A stretch of 64,000 nucleotides of DNA from Armatimonadota bacterium (GCA_039680575.1 JBDKSP010000077.1:10375-74374), one strand, 5' to 3'; positions 10,077 to 19,726 are shown, numbered from the stretch's first letter. Notes: generated by a model from the letters alone, not told the origin. A program made the numbers and translations.

Positions 10077-11494
10077 CTGACCACCTGGGTATCAATCGTT
10101 ACAGTGCCAAGAGTGGGTATCTCCCTGAAGCCTGAGGTAACATCCTTCATTGGCTCCCGGAGGACGACGTGGCTTACCCCCTCCACGCCATCAAGGAGCG
10201 CTACAAGATCGGAGAGATACACGGGGCTTCCAAAGTCTTGGCCTTCAAATGCAAACTGCGACTCAAGCACTTCTAGTGCGCGCTTTTTCACCACTTGAAT
10301 GTCCTGGCCGGGATAGGTGTATAGAAGTGCGCTCACATTGACGGGAATATAGGCGGGATCTACTATACCTGCATCAATGGTGAGAAGTCTTCTCGCATCG
10401 AGGTAACTCTCAAGATGTTCTTTCAAGAGTGGTGAGGGTAGTCCACCGCCGTCAGGCGCTATACAGATCCGGACCGTGTAGATCCGTAGGTTCGGGTCAT
10501 CGTTGATATCCATCACCCTGGCTTTCGCTATTCCTGGGAAGGCAAGACATAGCGCCGTGTAATCGTCTCTTGTCACAGCCTTCCAGGTTGAACGAAGTAC
10601 CGCCGGTGCGGTCTCTTTAGCATGGTCTGCCGACTCTCGTTCCGATCCACCGGTTGCTGGGAGCGGATTATCGACAGTCAACTGAACCAATTCATTACCG
10701 CTCGTATATATGTAAGAGATGATTTCAGTAACGCGATGCGGAGCAAGGTTACCGTCTGGACCGAGCGTCGCTAGGTAAGAGACATCAATTGTCGCACCCT
10801 GCCGGGGAAACGTTCCCCATTTGCCGTCGCCAAAGATTATGGAGACTCGATCAAGCCCATCCCGCTCGACCCGGAAATGAGTGTTCTCCGCGCCGCTGTC
10901 GGTGAAATGTTCCACCTCCTGCCACTCTACACTGGCTACAACTACTTTGACCGTACCTTCGGCAATGTCTGTTCGGGCAAGAGTAATCCTTGCCATCTGC
11001 TGGCCCGTCCCGGTAAAGCTCTCTGTAACGGCCTCACCTTGCACGGCATTAGTCTCAGCCTCGGTCGCACCCGCCTTGATTGTAAGTCCAGCGGTTGTAA
11101 CGAAAGGAACAGGTGTATTTGCATCGGGCGCTCGCACCAGAGTGCCTGCCGGAATCACTATGTCATCAGCCTGCGACTCTTTTAGGGTAAAGCGAAGCGT
11201 GGTAGTCGAAGCGACCGGCCCATGCAAGCTGTAGTCGATTAGTGAACAGAGGTTTATGATGTTCTGCCGCTGCCTGGCTGTCGGAAGGTAGCACTCGGCT
11301 GCCTGTGCATCGATGTAGTATGCGAGCATATCTGCAATCCCTGCAAAGAGCTCGAGGAGCACCACTCCAAGGTCACTTGCGTTGAAATCGGTCCAGCGGT
11401 CGGTAAGCTGCGGTATCCGGGACATAAGCTCCTCCCGGATTGATTCATAGTCCTTGTTTACGTACGGGAGCCTCCCGCGCTTTGCCTGTGCCAT
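10073..11494 (-). CDS. Baseplate J/gp47-like protein
   Basis: KDYESIR, WTDFNASDLGVVLLELFA, FGDGKWG, ATGGSERES, AVTRDDY. Confidence 0.92.
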   Translation of the reverse strand: MAQAKRGRLPYVNKDYESIREELMSRIPQLTDRWTDFNASDLGVVLLELFAGIADMLAYYIDAQAAECYLPTARQRQNIINLCSLIDYSLHGPVASTTTLRFTLKESQADDIVIPAGTLVRAPDANTPVPFVTTAGLTIKAGATEAETNAVQGEAVTESFTGTGQQMARITLARTDIAEGTVKVVVASVEWQEVEHFTDSGAENTHFRVERDGLDRVSIIFGDGKWGTFPRQGATIDVSYLATLGPDGNLAPHRVTEIISYIYTSGNELVQLTVDNPLPATGGSERESADHAKETAPAVLRSTWKAVTRDDYTALCLAFPGIAKARVMDINDDPNLRIYTVRICIAPDGGGLPSPLLKEHLESYLDARRLLTIDAGIVDPAYIPVNVSALLYTYPGQDIQVVKKRALEVLESQFAFEGQDFGSPVYLSDLVALLDGVEGVSHVVLREPMKDVTSGFREIPTLGTVTIDTQVVR

Positions 11495-12343
11495 CTATTC
11501 CGACTCCCTGTAAAATGGGTACACCATGTTCCCTTCGACCTGGCTTGAGATGAGCCTGTAGCTGATATTTACCAGGACCAGGTGCTCGTCATCCCCTTGT
11601 TCGACCGCTATATCCGTTACAATAATCCTTGGCTCCCACTTATCCAGTGCGTCCACCACCTCGTGTCTGATAAGGCCGTACAGTATACGGTCGTTCGGTT
11701 CAAAGATGAGCTTGTGGAGGTCTGATCCAAACTCAGGTCTCATAAACCTTTCGCCTTTCCTCGTCCCGAGGGTCTGCCTTATGCTCTCGTGGATGTGTGC
11801 GTGGTCCGAAGATGTTGCCGTCGAGATCTGCGTCCCACCTGATCTCCTCTGGAATGTGAACGGGAACTTGAGACCTTTGCCGAGGAACTCAAGCGCAGGG
11901 TCTCTGGTGCCGGTAGTCCCATAACCTTCGACTGTGTAGTCATCATCACAGCTCGTATCAACAATGATGATCTGGATGTCGACATAAGTCATAGTCGGCT
12001 GTACGATGCTAGAGGTCAGATCACAAGAGATCCCAAACGCCTCCGAAACGGCAAGCGCCAGGTCCACATCCACCAGGAACTTTCCTGTCAAAGCCGCGAA
12101 GAGGTCAATATTTATGTCTGCTCTGCTATCTAAATTGATCGAGACATCTGATACAAGACCTGACACTATCGCAGAGATGGTCAGGACATCTGCAAGCAGG
12201 CTAAATTCTTCACTTGAAGTTGGAACTATACCGTAAGTGTGTCCAGCCTGGCCTGGCCTTGCCATACGAAACCTCGGTGAGACAGACCCGGCGTTCAGAG
12301 GGCTGATGCAGATGTCTACCTCCTTGCCACTATGTGCCGTCAC
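11495..12343 (-). CDS. GPW/gp25 baseplate protein with ~150-aa N-terminal extension
   Basis: C-terminal FLGKGLKFPF...LGTRKGERFMRPEFGS...WEPRI...NMVYPFY. Confidence 0.85.
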   Translation of the reverse strand: MTAHSGKEVDICISPLNAGSVSPRFRMARPGQAGHTYGIVPTSSEEFSLLADVLTISAIVSGLVSDVSINLDSRADINIDLFAALTGKFLVDVDLALAVSEAFGISCDLTSSIVQPTMTYVDIQIIIVDTSCDDDYTVEGYGTTGTRDPALEFLGKGLKFPFTFQRRSGGTQISTATSSDHAHIHESIRQTLGTRKGERFMRPEFGSDLHKLIFEPNDRILYGLIRHEVVDALDKWEPRIIVTDIAVEQGDDEHLVLVNISYRLISSQVEGNMVYPFYRESE

Positions 12344-12461
12344 GTCGCAAGGTTCCTTTTATCCTGATGGCTTTCAGATTGCGGATGAAAAGCTTATTCC
12401 GGATCGCATATACGCCAGCCTTTATTTCTATTTGGACCAACTTCCCAGGTCTCACTGCCAC
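12330..12461 (-). CDS. Small basic hypothetical protein (43 aa)
   Basis: GTG just after the upstream stop: MAVRPGKLVQIEIKAGVYAIRNKLFIRNLKAIRIKGTLRRDGT; fills the operon gap; below the ORF-track cutoff. Confidence 0.5.
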   Translation of the reverse strand: MAVRPGKLVQIEIKAGVYAIRNKLFIRNLKAIRIKGTLRRDGT

Positions 12462-12465
12462 TTTG

Positions 12466-13443
12466 TTACTCCCTCACTGCTATCCATGTGCTTGGTCCGC
12501 CGCTTACGTAGAATATTTTGTAGGTAGAAGTTCCCAGGTCGAGCACATCTTCGGACGCACCTGCTCCTGAACCAATTGAATACACATCAATAAGCTCACC
12601 GCGTAGTTCATCATCGCCAGTGACGAGGATAGGGTACATCGCTACCAGGCGATACCTGTTGTCTGGATCGCTTACACCTGTCTGGTAACCGGAAAACTCA
12701 CGGGCACTGCATGGATGTGACATCTGTCCGGCATATCCGTCGCATCTGTTCAGTAAATACCCGCCCGGCATGCCTGAACAGCTGACCATTACCGGCTGAG
12801 GGTCTTCTCCGATCTTAGCCCCTGCTGCGTATGCAGTTGCAAGAGAGGCTATGGTTACCGTATTTGGAGTAGACGAGACATCGGTTGCTGTGACCTGGGT
12901 GCGTGCGATGTTCGCGTTGTCTTTTATGACGTAGAACTTGCCTGGAGAAAGGATTGAGGCATCGTTGACCGAAACAGTGACATTTGTTCCCGCGTCTGCT
13001 CCGTCCTGCGTAACAGCGATCTGGTCCGACCAGAACCGTTTTATGACTCCGCTGTAATGTCCGTAATAGGTAGCGCCGATCCTCGTCACAACGTAGACCC
13101 TGTCAGGGTTGACATATATCCAGTAGTTAAACGGAGCCGAGTCCGATGTGACAATTACCGTTGACCCGGACGAAAACACAGGCTTTATCGCAGTGTGGCT
13201 TGATGCGTCCCAGTAGAGTGCTGCTTTGACCAGGATATTATTGGTGGCCGCATCGTTTATAAATTGCAGATATATGTCTTCTCTACCTGACTCTCCGGCA
13301 GAGAATGCAACAAAATACGGCTGTGCCTGTGTCATCTGGTCATCGTGTAGAGTCCAACCACACGTTTCGATGATGAAATCCTTTAACCTGATGAGCATGT
13401 CTGCAGTGTTGCTCGCTGTTCCAGAAGTGCTTTTATATGCCAA
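12466..13443 (-). CDS. Putative virion structural protein
   Basis: 325-aa beta-rich ORF with AGGAGG RBS inside the baseplate operon. Confidence 0.65.
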   Translation of the reverse strand: MAYKSTSGTASNTADMLIRLKDFIIETCGWTLHDDQMTQAQPYFVAFSAGESGREDIYLQFINDAATNNILVKAALYWDASSHTAIKPVFSSGSTVIVTSDSAPFNYWIYVNPDRVYVVTRIGATYYGHYSGVIKRFWSDQIAVTQDGADAGTNVTVSVNDASILSPGKFYVIKDNANIARTQVTATDVSSTPNTVTIASLATAYAAGAKIGEDPQPVMVSCSGMPGGYLLNRCDGYAGQMSHPCSAREFSGYQTGVSDPDNRYRLVAMYPILVTGDDELRGELIDVYSIGSGAGASEDVLDLGTSTYKIFYVSGGPSTWIAVRE

Positions 13444-13457
13444 TTGGTCCTCCTTGT

Positions 13458-14045
13458 CTAGACCAGGCTCATGCTGCCGGTAAGCCTTAGTTTAAGGTCG
13501 GTTTTCTTGTCCAATCCTGTTCCTGCGGGAACGCTTAGCCTTCGGAAGAAGGAAACAGTAGAGCTATAGCTCTTATCGCCAAGAACAAGTTCATGCCCAG
13601 GTGCAGCATCCAGTCCTTCTTTTGTTGGTGCAAGTGTGCACCAAGAAGACTCGTCTGTCCCTGATGTGTCCACAGGCGCTATTTTGAGGTTTGTATAGTT
13701 GCATGCGCTGTAGACTTTTGTGCCCTGTGCATGGGATGCAGGCTGTGTCCCGTAGATTGCCCTTTGGACCGTGAGGACAGTTGTCCCACCGCCTGATATG
13801 ACCCGCATCTCTTCGGAATCGATGATGATGACTTCCCCGTCTGAAAAGCGCGGGACAGCGAGCACTAAGTCTGAGGAGACTGCGTCAATGGCATCAGAAA
13901 GAGTGGTCTGCTCATTTGCCACAAAAAGCTCGCGGTCTTTTGATTCACCAGATGAGCCGTCGAGAGTCTCTGTGTCAGGGCTTGCCATATCGCCTTCAGA
14001 TATCTGTTCGGTGAGCTCTATATCCTTATATATATGAATTGCCAT
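13458..14045 (-). CDS. Putative virion structural protein
   Basis: IIIDSEEMRV...LTVQRAIYGT.PASH..G motif typical of tail-associated proteins. Confidence 0.65.
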   Translation of the reverse strand: MAIHIYKDIELTEQISEGDMASPDTETLDGSSGESKDRELFVANEQTTLSDAIDAVSSDLVLAVPRFSDGEVIIIDSEEMRVISGGGTTVLTVQRAIYGTQPASHAQGTKVYSACNYTNLKIAPVDTSGTDESSWCTLAPTKEGLDAAPGHELVLGDKSYSSTVSFFRRLSVPAGTGLDKKTDLKLRLTGSMSLV

Positions 14046-14312
14046 TTATCCAACCTCTGTATCAGGACTACCTGATATGATGACTGCACCGCATTCGGTA
14101 ATATCGCCTGTGCGTGCCGCGGGCTGTCCTTCAATAGTCACATTGGCACTTCCGGTCACAATCGGTGTTACGCCGTGGCCGGGTATGGGACAGGAATGAA
14201 GGTCACCCTTTCGCGCTGCCGGTATGCCGTTTATGAGTGTTCTCAGAGAGCCTGATATGATGGTGCCTCCGTGGTCCGTCCTGTCTCCAAGTCTTGCCTG
14301 AGCTAATCCCAA
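14046..14312 (-). CDS. PAAR-domain spike tip protein
   Basis: ARLGD, PAARKGD, HSCP..GH, PAARTGD, CGA. Confidence 0.95.
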   Translation of the reverse strand: MGLAQARLGDRTDHGGTIISGSLRTLINGIPAARKGDLHSCPIPGHGVTPIVTGSANVTIEGQPAARTGDITECGAVIISGSPDTEVG

Positions 14313-14315
14313 GGA

Positions 14316-14690
14316 CTATCTCCTAAAGTATGTGAGAGCCGAGCTTATGATGCCGGAGAGTATCCCGCCAATAGTGACAATGATTGCTGCAAGCTTCCAG
14401 AGACTGTCGGTCCCGGCTTTAGTGTCGAGTGCAGCATGGATCCCTTTTATCTCTCCGTCATGCCGTAAGAGTTCATCACGGATGCCGCGGACTAAAAGGT
14501 CCACGTTTTCCTTATCACTCTTAAGCTCGATCTGCCGCTCTATCTTCTCAAGTCGGCTTTGGATGTCACGCCGGTGGTCTTCGAGTATCTCTCTAAACTC
14601 TGCTCGCCAGGTATCGAAGGTCTTTGCAAGAAGCCTCTCGCTTTCAACCCAACCGCACTTTGTCGGTCCCTGGCACTCGTTTTCTGTCAT
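14316..14690 (-). CDS. Coiled-coil protein with C-terminal TM helix (holin/XhlA-like?)
   Basis: Heptad-rich body followed by WKLAAIIVTIGGILSGIISSALTYF. Confidence 0.55.
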   Translation of the reverse strand: MTENECQGPTKCGWVESERLLAKTFDTWRAEFREILEDHRRDIQSRLEKIERQIELKSDKENVDLLVRGIRDELLRHDGEIKGIHAALDTKAGTDSLWKLAAIIVTIGGILSGIISSALTYFRR

Positions 14691-14699
14691 GCTGCCTCC

Positions 14700-15371
14700 C
14701 TATGGGTTGATGTGGACTTTGCCAGCTGAGATGATCGTGATATCGCCGCTTGCGGCGTCCATGACAATCCTGCTTCCTGCTTTGTCGGTGATCTCGACTC
14801 TGCGTCCGGACTGGAGTGTTATCTCTTGCCCAGATGAGTCTACAATCCTGATGCAGGCATCAATCTCCCTGTCGTCCAGAAGGATAGTATGTCCTGCTGG
14901 AGTCTTCGCTAAGACGAACACCTTTGGGCACCAGTACGGCGGGTGAGCGTGGAACTTCCTATGTTCCAGGTTGTCCTCGGCACTCTTCTCATGCTCTGCC
15001 CTGTCCGGACAGACCGTGCATTCAGTGCCGCTGCAGAGGCGTTTTGCTTCATCAGGCATCTCACCGGGGTTCGTACCGGCAAGCCAGACTCCCGACCAGA
15101 TCGGAAACTGGGGGTCCCCGCCTTCAAACTCCGCCCAGACGGACGCACCCTCAGGTGGGACAAGGAACGTGCCACAGTTGTCTATTCCACCGAATGAAAA
15201 GCATGGGTAGGCCCAGTCTGACCAGTTCTCTGGGCCTATTCCAAGGACTGCAGGTATCTCCAGCCTACATCTGCCGAGCCTCTCCGGGTCGTGATTGTCG
15301 CGGACGAAGGCACGATACTTTCCGTAGAAATGGGACCCAGCGTGCCCACCGTCTTCAAAAGGAAGTGCCAC
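14700..15371 (-). CDS. Baseplate spike gpV / gp5 OB-fold protein
   Basis: FYGKYRAFV.DN.DPE.LGR, VPPEGASVWAEFEGGD...PIWSG, KTPAGHTILLDD. Confidence 0.92.
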   Translation of the reverse strand: MALPFEDGGHAGSHFYGKYRAFVRDNHDPERLGRCRLEIPAVLGIGPENWSDWAYPCFSFGGIDNCGTFLVPPEGASVWAEFEGGDPQFPIWSGVWLAGTNPGEMPDEAKRLCSGTECTVCPDRAEHEKSAEDNLEHRKFHAHPPYWCPKVFVLAKTPAGHTILLDDREIDACIRIVDSSGQEITLQSGRRVEITDKAGSRIVMDAASGDITIISAGKVHINP

Positions 15372-15674
15372 CTAAAGACCCCTGAACATCTCCCGAACGA
15401 TCTTTAGTCCGGTAGTAAGCGGTGACTTCTTTGGATCAGCCTTTGCTACGGAATCATCTAGTGCATCTCTGGCTGCAGTCGGAAGGCTTATCTGAGCTGA
15501 AGCGACTCCGGTCTTTACTTCCCGGATGCCTAAGCGTTCTATGACCCCGACCACTGCATCGAGAGCTCTTGCCTGGGCTTTTCCCCAAGCTGTAAGCTTG
15601 ATGACGGCTATGAGGGAAATGATGAAGGTCGCAATGACCTCCTTGTTCTCTATTACAAACCCTATTACTTGCAT
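15372..15674 (-). CDS. Small membrane protein (holin-like?)
   Basis: Single N-terminal TM segment; RBS AGGAGG. Confidence 0.55.
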   Translation of the reverse strand: MQVIGFVIENKEVIATFIISLIAVIKLTAWGKAQARALDAVVGVIERLGIREVKTGVASAQISLPTAARDALDDSVAKADPKKSPLTTGLKIVREMFRGL

Positions 15675-15690
15675 GAGTCTTTCCTCCTGA

Positions 15691-17007
15691 TCATTTGCTG
15701 ATTACTTTGCCGGTATTGGCATCTATCCGGACCATCTTTGGCACAGGCTTTACCGGCTGCGCCTGAGTCTTGGCCGTCTCTCTGGACAAGTTTATGACCT
15801 GCCGCTTAGGGCTTTGGGGGGCATGAGTCTCGTTTTTCTTGCCCTTAACTTCTGTTGATTTGTTTCCAGCGCCTTTTCCAAGGGCATTTCGCTTTAGCTT
15901 GAGCTCACAAAAATACCCGTCCTGAAAGGTGTGCCTGACCGATGTGCAGTAGTATATGCCTGAGAACTTTCTCCCGACTCCACGCACCTCGATGTTTTGC
16001 TTGGCAACAAGAGCCGGGATACCTACCGTTACAGCCGTCGCCTCTATCTGCCGCATCTCCGCTTCTTTGAACTGGCTCTCGGACCTGCCCTGAACTGGTT
16101 CCTGACGAGGCTCCTCATGGAACCCTTCAGACCGCTCAAAGCTCTGCACTATCTTGCCGGACTCCTGGTCCCTGAACCTGCCTTCGCCGGTGTTGCCGTT
16201 CACAAGGTAAGTGTTCTTTCCAAGAGACGTCCGTTCTGGAGTCGTATCGTTGTTTGCTCTGTGTTCGACAGGCCTCTTTTTGCGTGGGTCTACTCCGACG
16301 GCTTTCGTCTCTGTCCCCGCACCTTTTGCAAATTGGGACTGAGTGGACGGCTTAAACGACCGGAGCAACCCTTCCTGGTCTGTGAAATACTCAAGGACGA
16401 TGGCTGGCTGTGACTGAAGGTTTCTTGGGTGAAAGTGCAGTTCGTTGTCCTCAATATAGAACACGTATCCTGCTACCCCTTTTCCGTTTCGGTCCCTGGA
16501 CCTCTCAGCAAGCTCCTTTAGAAACTTTGCATCCGACCTGGCTCCCTGCACTATGCGAAGATGCCATCCTATAGTCTTAGTTACAACAGATGTTAGCCCG
16601 TGTTCCTTAGCGATCTGTTCCGCAATTTCCGAGTAGAGGATCCCCGGTGCAGGTTTTTGCCATACCCTCTGGATCTGCTTTCCTGTAAGCTTATGCCCCT
16701 TGTCATATGCCTTGATCTTGATACTAGGCTCGCCGCTTTCAGGGAAGTCATAGTCTATATCCTTGATGACAGCGACTTTTCTTACTGAAAGATCACCTGC
16801 GTATCCAAACCGGGCAATGATCTCGTTTCCTTCCTGGAAAAGCGGATCATCGACGAACTGCAGGTTCCTGTCGGAGATGGATATCTCAAGGACATCCATC
16901 TCCTCCTCATTGTCTTCAAAGGTGAACGAGGTGATCTCATCTGTAACATCCTTTAGTAGCCTGTGGCCCTCGATCTCTATAAGGAATGTAGGCTGATAGG
17001 TGTCCAG
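15691..17007 (-). CDS. Late control D / baseplate hub protein
   Basis: FGY, SEIAEQIAKEHGL, Q..RSDAKFLKELA, GVGRKFSGIYY; frame stays open upstream of ATG 16899 to a CTG at 17007. Confidence 0.88.
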   Translation of the reverse strand: MDTYQPTFLIEIEGHRLLKDVTDEITSFTFEDNEEEMDVLEISISDRNLQFVDDPLFQEGNEIIARFGYAGDLSVRKVAVIKDIDYDFPESGEPSIKIKAYDKGHKLTGKQIQRVWQKPAPGILYSEIAEQIAKEHGLTSVVTKTIGWHLRIVQGARSDAKFLKELAERSRDRNGKGVAGYVFYIEDNELHFHPRNLQSQPAIVLEYFTDQEGLLRSFKPSTQSQFAKGAGTETKAVGVDPRKKRPVEHRANNDTTPERTSLGKNTYLVNGNTGEGRFRDQESGKIVQSFERSEGFHEEPRQEPVQGRSESQFKEAEMRQIEATAVTVGIPALVAKQNIEVRGVGRKFSGIYYCTSVRHTFQDGYFCELKLKRNALGKGAGNKSTEVKGKKNETHAPQSPKRQVINLSRETAKTQAQPVKPVPKMVRIDANTGKVISK

Positions 17008-17023
17008 TTCCTTGCACCTCTAC

Positions 17024-17057
17024 TTGATATGTACTGTTGGAATCACGGAACTGTCGG
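17024..17057 (-). promoter_or_regulatory. Putative phage late promoter (class A), copy 1
   Basis: CCGACA-N17-GTACATATCAA, identical boxes in three places. Confidence 0.75.
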
Positions 17058-17089
17058 GATTCTTTGTGAACTGGCGTTGCAGGCTAACG

Positions 17090-17098
17090 TGGTATAAT
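17090..17098 (+). promoter_or_regulatory. Extended -10 promoter for recQ
   Basis: TGgTATAAT about 36 nt upstream of ATG 17135. Confidence 0.5.
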
Positions 17099-17134
17099 GG
17101 AGCGAGATATTTGAACTTGGAAGGCCCTCCACTG

Positions 17135-19003
17135 ATGACAGTCCAATTCGACAACTCAATAACGGACCGCGCCCGCGAGATACTCAGCCGGATCTTTGGA
17201 TACGACGAGTTCTGGGGTGAACAGCAGGAGATCATCGATCATGTCATCCGTGGCGGCGATGCCTTTGTTCTGATGCCTACAGGTGGAGGTAAATCGCTCT
17301 GCTACCAGATACCTGCGATGCTAAGAGAAGGTGTGGGAGTTGTAATATCGCCGTTGATTGCCCTGATGCAGGATCAGGTAACCGCCCTAAAAGAGCTTGG
17401 AGTGAACGCGGAGATGCTTAACTCCGCGCTGAGCCCGTCGGAACAGTCGAGTGTCATAAGCAGGCTGCACAGTAAAGAAATCGATCTTTTGTATGTTGCT
17501 CCGGAACGGCTCGTGCTGGACTCGATGCTCGATATGCTCTCTGGCATGGATCTGGCGCTTTTTGCTATCGACGAGGCCCACTGCGTGTCTCAGTGGGGGC
17601 ATGACTTCAGGGAAGAATACCTCGCGCTCTCGATTCTCCACGAACGATTCCCCGACGTTCCCCGGATTGCTCTGACCGCGACAGCGGATGAGCCTACACG
17701 TAGAGAGATAGTCGAGCGACTGAATCTTAGTGAAGCGCGTCTCTTCGTTGCCGGGTTCGACCGTCCCAATATCCGTTACCAGATTGTGGTGAAGGAGAAC
17801 CCTAAAAAGCAACTGCTTTCGTTCCTGAACGATGAACATGATGGCGACGCAGGGATCGTCTACTGCCTTTCCCGCAAGAAGACTGTGGAAGTGGCAAAAT
17901 GGCTTAAGGACGCAGGAAAAAACGCGCTTCCATACCATGCTGGACTAAGTGCAGGCATTCGAAAACGAAATCAAGAGCGATTTCTGAGGGAGGATGGCGT
18001 CATCATGGTCGCCACAATAGCCTTTGGAATGGGGATCGATAAGCCTGACGTGCGATTCGTTGCACATCTAGATCTGCCGAAGAGCATCGAAGCCTACTAT
18101 CAAGAAACAGGACGCGCCGGACGCGATAGGCTGCCAGCTGACGCCTGGATGGCTTATGGGCTGGCCGACGTGGCTGTACACAGAAGCCTCATCGATTCAT
18201 CGTACGCGGACGATGCTCACAAGCGTCTGGAGCATCGGAAACTGAGCGCTCTCCTGGGTCTGTGCGAAGCCGCGACCTGCCGCAGACAGATACTTCTTTC
18301 CTACTTCGGAGATGCGCCGACAGGACCTTGCGGAAACTGTGATACCTGTCTTTATCCCGTCGAAACCTGGGATGGCACGCTTGCCGCAAAGAAGGCTATC
18401 TATCTGGTGAAGCAGACCGGGCAGCGATTTGGAGCGACGTATCTTACCGATATAATGCTCGGCAAGACCAACGATCGGATGAGTCGTCTTGGACACGATA
18501 AACTAACTGCTTTCGGCAAGGGCACAGAGCTCTCCGAACGGGAATGGTCATCAGTATTCCGCCAACTCGTGTCTACGGGATATCTGGCAGTCGATATGGA
18601 GCGATACGGAAGCATTCAACTTACATCCGAGAGCACAAGAGTACTACAAGGGGATGCAAGCATATCTCTAAGGAAGGATCATCTGGGTCGTGAGAAGAAG
18701 AAAAAGGTCAGTGCCGCAAGCAAGTTAGTTAATCCAGAGTCGGTTGGCCTCTTCGAAGCACTGAGAACCCGCAGATTGGATCTTGCCAGGGAACTGGGCG
18801 TACCTCCCTACGTCATCTTTCACGACTCGACTCTCAAAGCGATGGCCGAAACTCGGCCTACAAGTTTGGAAGAGATGAGCCACATCAGTGGTGTGGGCGA
18901 ACACAAGCTGGAAAAGTACGGCGCGATCTTCCTTGAAGTGATTGGTGTATCAACTACACCCAAGCAGATTAATCCAGCAATCTCATCTGCATGTGCTCGA
19001 TAG
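17135..19003 (+). CDS. recQ: ATP-dependent DNA helicase RecQ (with RQC and HRDC domains)
   Basis: MPTGGGKSLCYQ, IDEAHCVSQWGHDFR, LTATA, QETGRAGRD, Zn-binding CRRQ...CGNCDTC, HRDC VPPYVIFHDSTL. Confidence 0.97.
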   Translation: MTVQFDNSITDRAREILSRIFGYDEFWGEQQEIIDHVIRGGDAFVLMPTGGGKSLCYQIPAMLREGVGVVISPLIALMQDQVTALKELGVNAEMLNSALSPSEQSSVISRLHSKEIDLLYVAPERLVLDSMLDMLSGMDLALFAIDEAHCVSQWGHDFREEYLALSILHERFPDVPRIALTATADEPTRREIVERLNLSEARLFVAGFDRPNIRYQIVVKENPKKQLLSFLNDEHDGDAGIVYCLSRKKTVEVAKWLKDAGKNALPYHAGLSAGIRKRNQERFLREDGVIMVATIAFGMGIDKPDVRFVAHLDLPKSIEAYYQETGRAGRDRLPADAWMAYGLADVAVHRSLIDSSYADDAHKRLEHRKLSALLGLCEAATCRRQILLSYFGDAPTGPCGNCDTCLYPVETWDGTLAAKKAIYLVKQTGQRFGATYLTDIMLGKTNDRMSRLGHDKLTAFGKGTELSEREWSSVFRQLVSTGYLAVDMERYGSIQLTSESTRVLQGDASISLRKDHLGREKKKKVSAASKLVNPESVGLFEALRTRRLDLARELGVPPYVIFHDSTLKAMAETRPTSLEEMSHISGVGEHKLEKYGAIFLEVIGVSTTPKQINPAISSACAR

Positions 19004-19259
19004 ACGGTATTCTCAGCACCCTCCCTATCTCAATCTCCAGTGGGAAAAATAAACCGTTATAATCACAGACAATCCACCATAAGTCGGCACTTCCGAGGTA
19101 GCGATAGGCGATTAGGTCGATCCGGTCGCCTTCAATAACGGTGTGGAAAGTATCGTCGGGCTGTGGAGTCGTATCTATACGTTGTCGAGCGCCGAAAAAC
19201 TCGTCGCCGCCATCTACGTAGAGTACGCAACCCGCATATCGTGAATCCGGGCCAATCAT
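18969..19259 (-). CDS. LysM / tail protein X
   Basis: HTVIEGDRIDLIAYRYLGSADLWWIVCDYN...LRIP. Confidence 0.9.
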   Translation of the reverse strand: MIGPDSRYAGCVLYVDGGDEFFGARQRIDTTPQPDDTFHTVIEGDRIDLIAYRYLGSADLWWIVCDYNGLFFPLEIEIGRVLRIPSIEHMQMRLLD

Positions 19260-19726
19260 TTTCTAACCTCCGAATAGCTAACCGACTTCTGCACTACCTC
19301 CTCAATGGTCAGGTCCACCTCGGCGTGCTGCGGGAGAAGACTGCTGCTGTCAAACATGTGAAAGTACCGAACCCTCACCTGCCGCACAACGGAGAGGACC
19401 CCTGGATAGAGATCTCCAAAGAAGAACAGGACCTTGTGGGGAGCATTTCTCAAGACCGTCTTTGCGTGCTCAGGATAGAGGAGAGATTGAAGCCACGCCA
19501 CCTTCTCTTTAACCGGCCCCTTGAAGAAGGTGACCTTGAAAGTAATACGCCGGGCTTCCCCCGCCACATATTGGTATCTTGGATGGCTCATCCCAGGTAC
19601 CTTTATGGTCGCGAAGTCGGTGCTCTTCTCGTCTATGATCTCGTCCGGGTTGTGCTGGAACTCGAGTTTCTCCCGCGTTACAACGTCCACCAGGTATCCG
19701 GTTGTAATCTTTACGTCAGTTGGCAA
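19256..19726 (-). CDS. Tail tube initiator / CIS tube-like protein
   Basis: LEFQHNPDEI...PGMSHPRYQYVAGEAR...PHKVLFFFG; position after the tape measure. Confidence 0.8.
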   Translation of the reverse strand: MPTDVKITTGYLVDVVTREKLEFQHNPDEIIDEKSTDFATIKVPGMSHPRYQYVAGEARRITFKVTFFKGPVKEKVAWLQSLLYPEHAKTVLRNAPHKVLFFFGDLYPGVLSVVRQVRVRYFHMFDSSSLLPQHAEVDLTIEEVVQKSVSYSEVRK

